Assembly (NCBI GenBank): GCA_027491735.1
Contig: JAOZGP010000006.1
Coordinates: 57,066 to 121,065 of the forward strand
Direction: 5' to 3'
From: Thermoproteota archaeon
GTDB taxonomy: Archaea; Korarchaeota; Korarchaeia; Korarchaeales; Korarchaeaceae
DNA: 64,000 bases
Notes under the pieces: model-generated
Seen by the model: the letters and a program-made list of their open reading frames with translations, nothing else
Databases searched by the model: none
What the model was told of the DNA's origin: nothing
Program-made: the position numbers and the translations under genes
Shown: in pieces, positions 63,720-64,000 of the stretch
How positions within the stretch are numbered: position 1 is the first letter of the stretch
Layout: every line of letters starts with the position of its first letter

Positions 63720-64000
63720 CAAATATGTCGAACCTCCCTGCGCCCCCTGTGGGATATAGGTCAAGCGATACTTGGTCGTTCTCGTAGACATCTTCCCTGA
63801 AGCTGACAGGAATGACCTTTAGCTTTCCGTAGACCTTCTCGTAAGCCTCTATGACCCCACGTGCGAAGGGCGTGAAGGACGATGGTGCCGCTGTACTCGA
63901 AGGTCTTATCCAAGCCCTCTCCAAGCAGCCTTATCCTAGACGTTTTGTCCTTTCAGCTCAAGTTCAAGGTGATCCTCTCGGGCCTCGCCTCGATGTGCTC

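Overview
Archaeal DNA, probably from a thermophilic TACK-type host (inferred from the gene families, GGTGA-type SD sites, TATA promoters and AGA/AGG Arg codons). 1-21.3 kb is a CRISPR locus. It has 29 identical 25-bp repeats, probably transcribed leftward from a leader next to cas1-csa1-cas2-cas4, then cas6. One long minus-strand operon follows, in which a complete type III-B cmr module (plus a CARF-HEPN effector and a decayed MNT-HEPN pair) sits inside a type I-A operon, between cas8a and cas3'. 21.5-54.6 kb is mostly housekeeping and accessory DNA: an HTH-ferritin regulator divergent from feoAAB, Nudix, two TackOD1-like Zn-ribbon genes with a processive GT2, ferredoxin, ClC, SOR, rubrerythrin, DUF89-serA-class V aminotransferase, cofE-like, ttuA, nitroreductase, GT4 and a surface protein. 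It also holds several IS200/IS605 tnpB remnants and broken genes. An AT-rich islet at 46.5-48.4 kb pairs a tandem Lrp/AsnC-like regulator with a divergent secreted repeat peptide and an unannotated 46-aa ORF that resembles both. This is my best candidate for an undescribed system (archaeal peptide signalling). 54.6-64 kb is a decaying integrated element or defence island: a large HEPN-like protein, an interrupted Orc1/Cdc6, a DUF499 ATPase, a truncated DUF1156 methylase and a HerA-like fragment. All family calls come from motif recognition by eye, with no database search.
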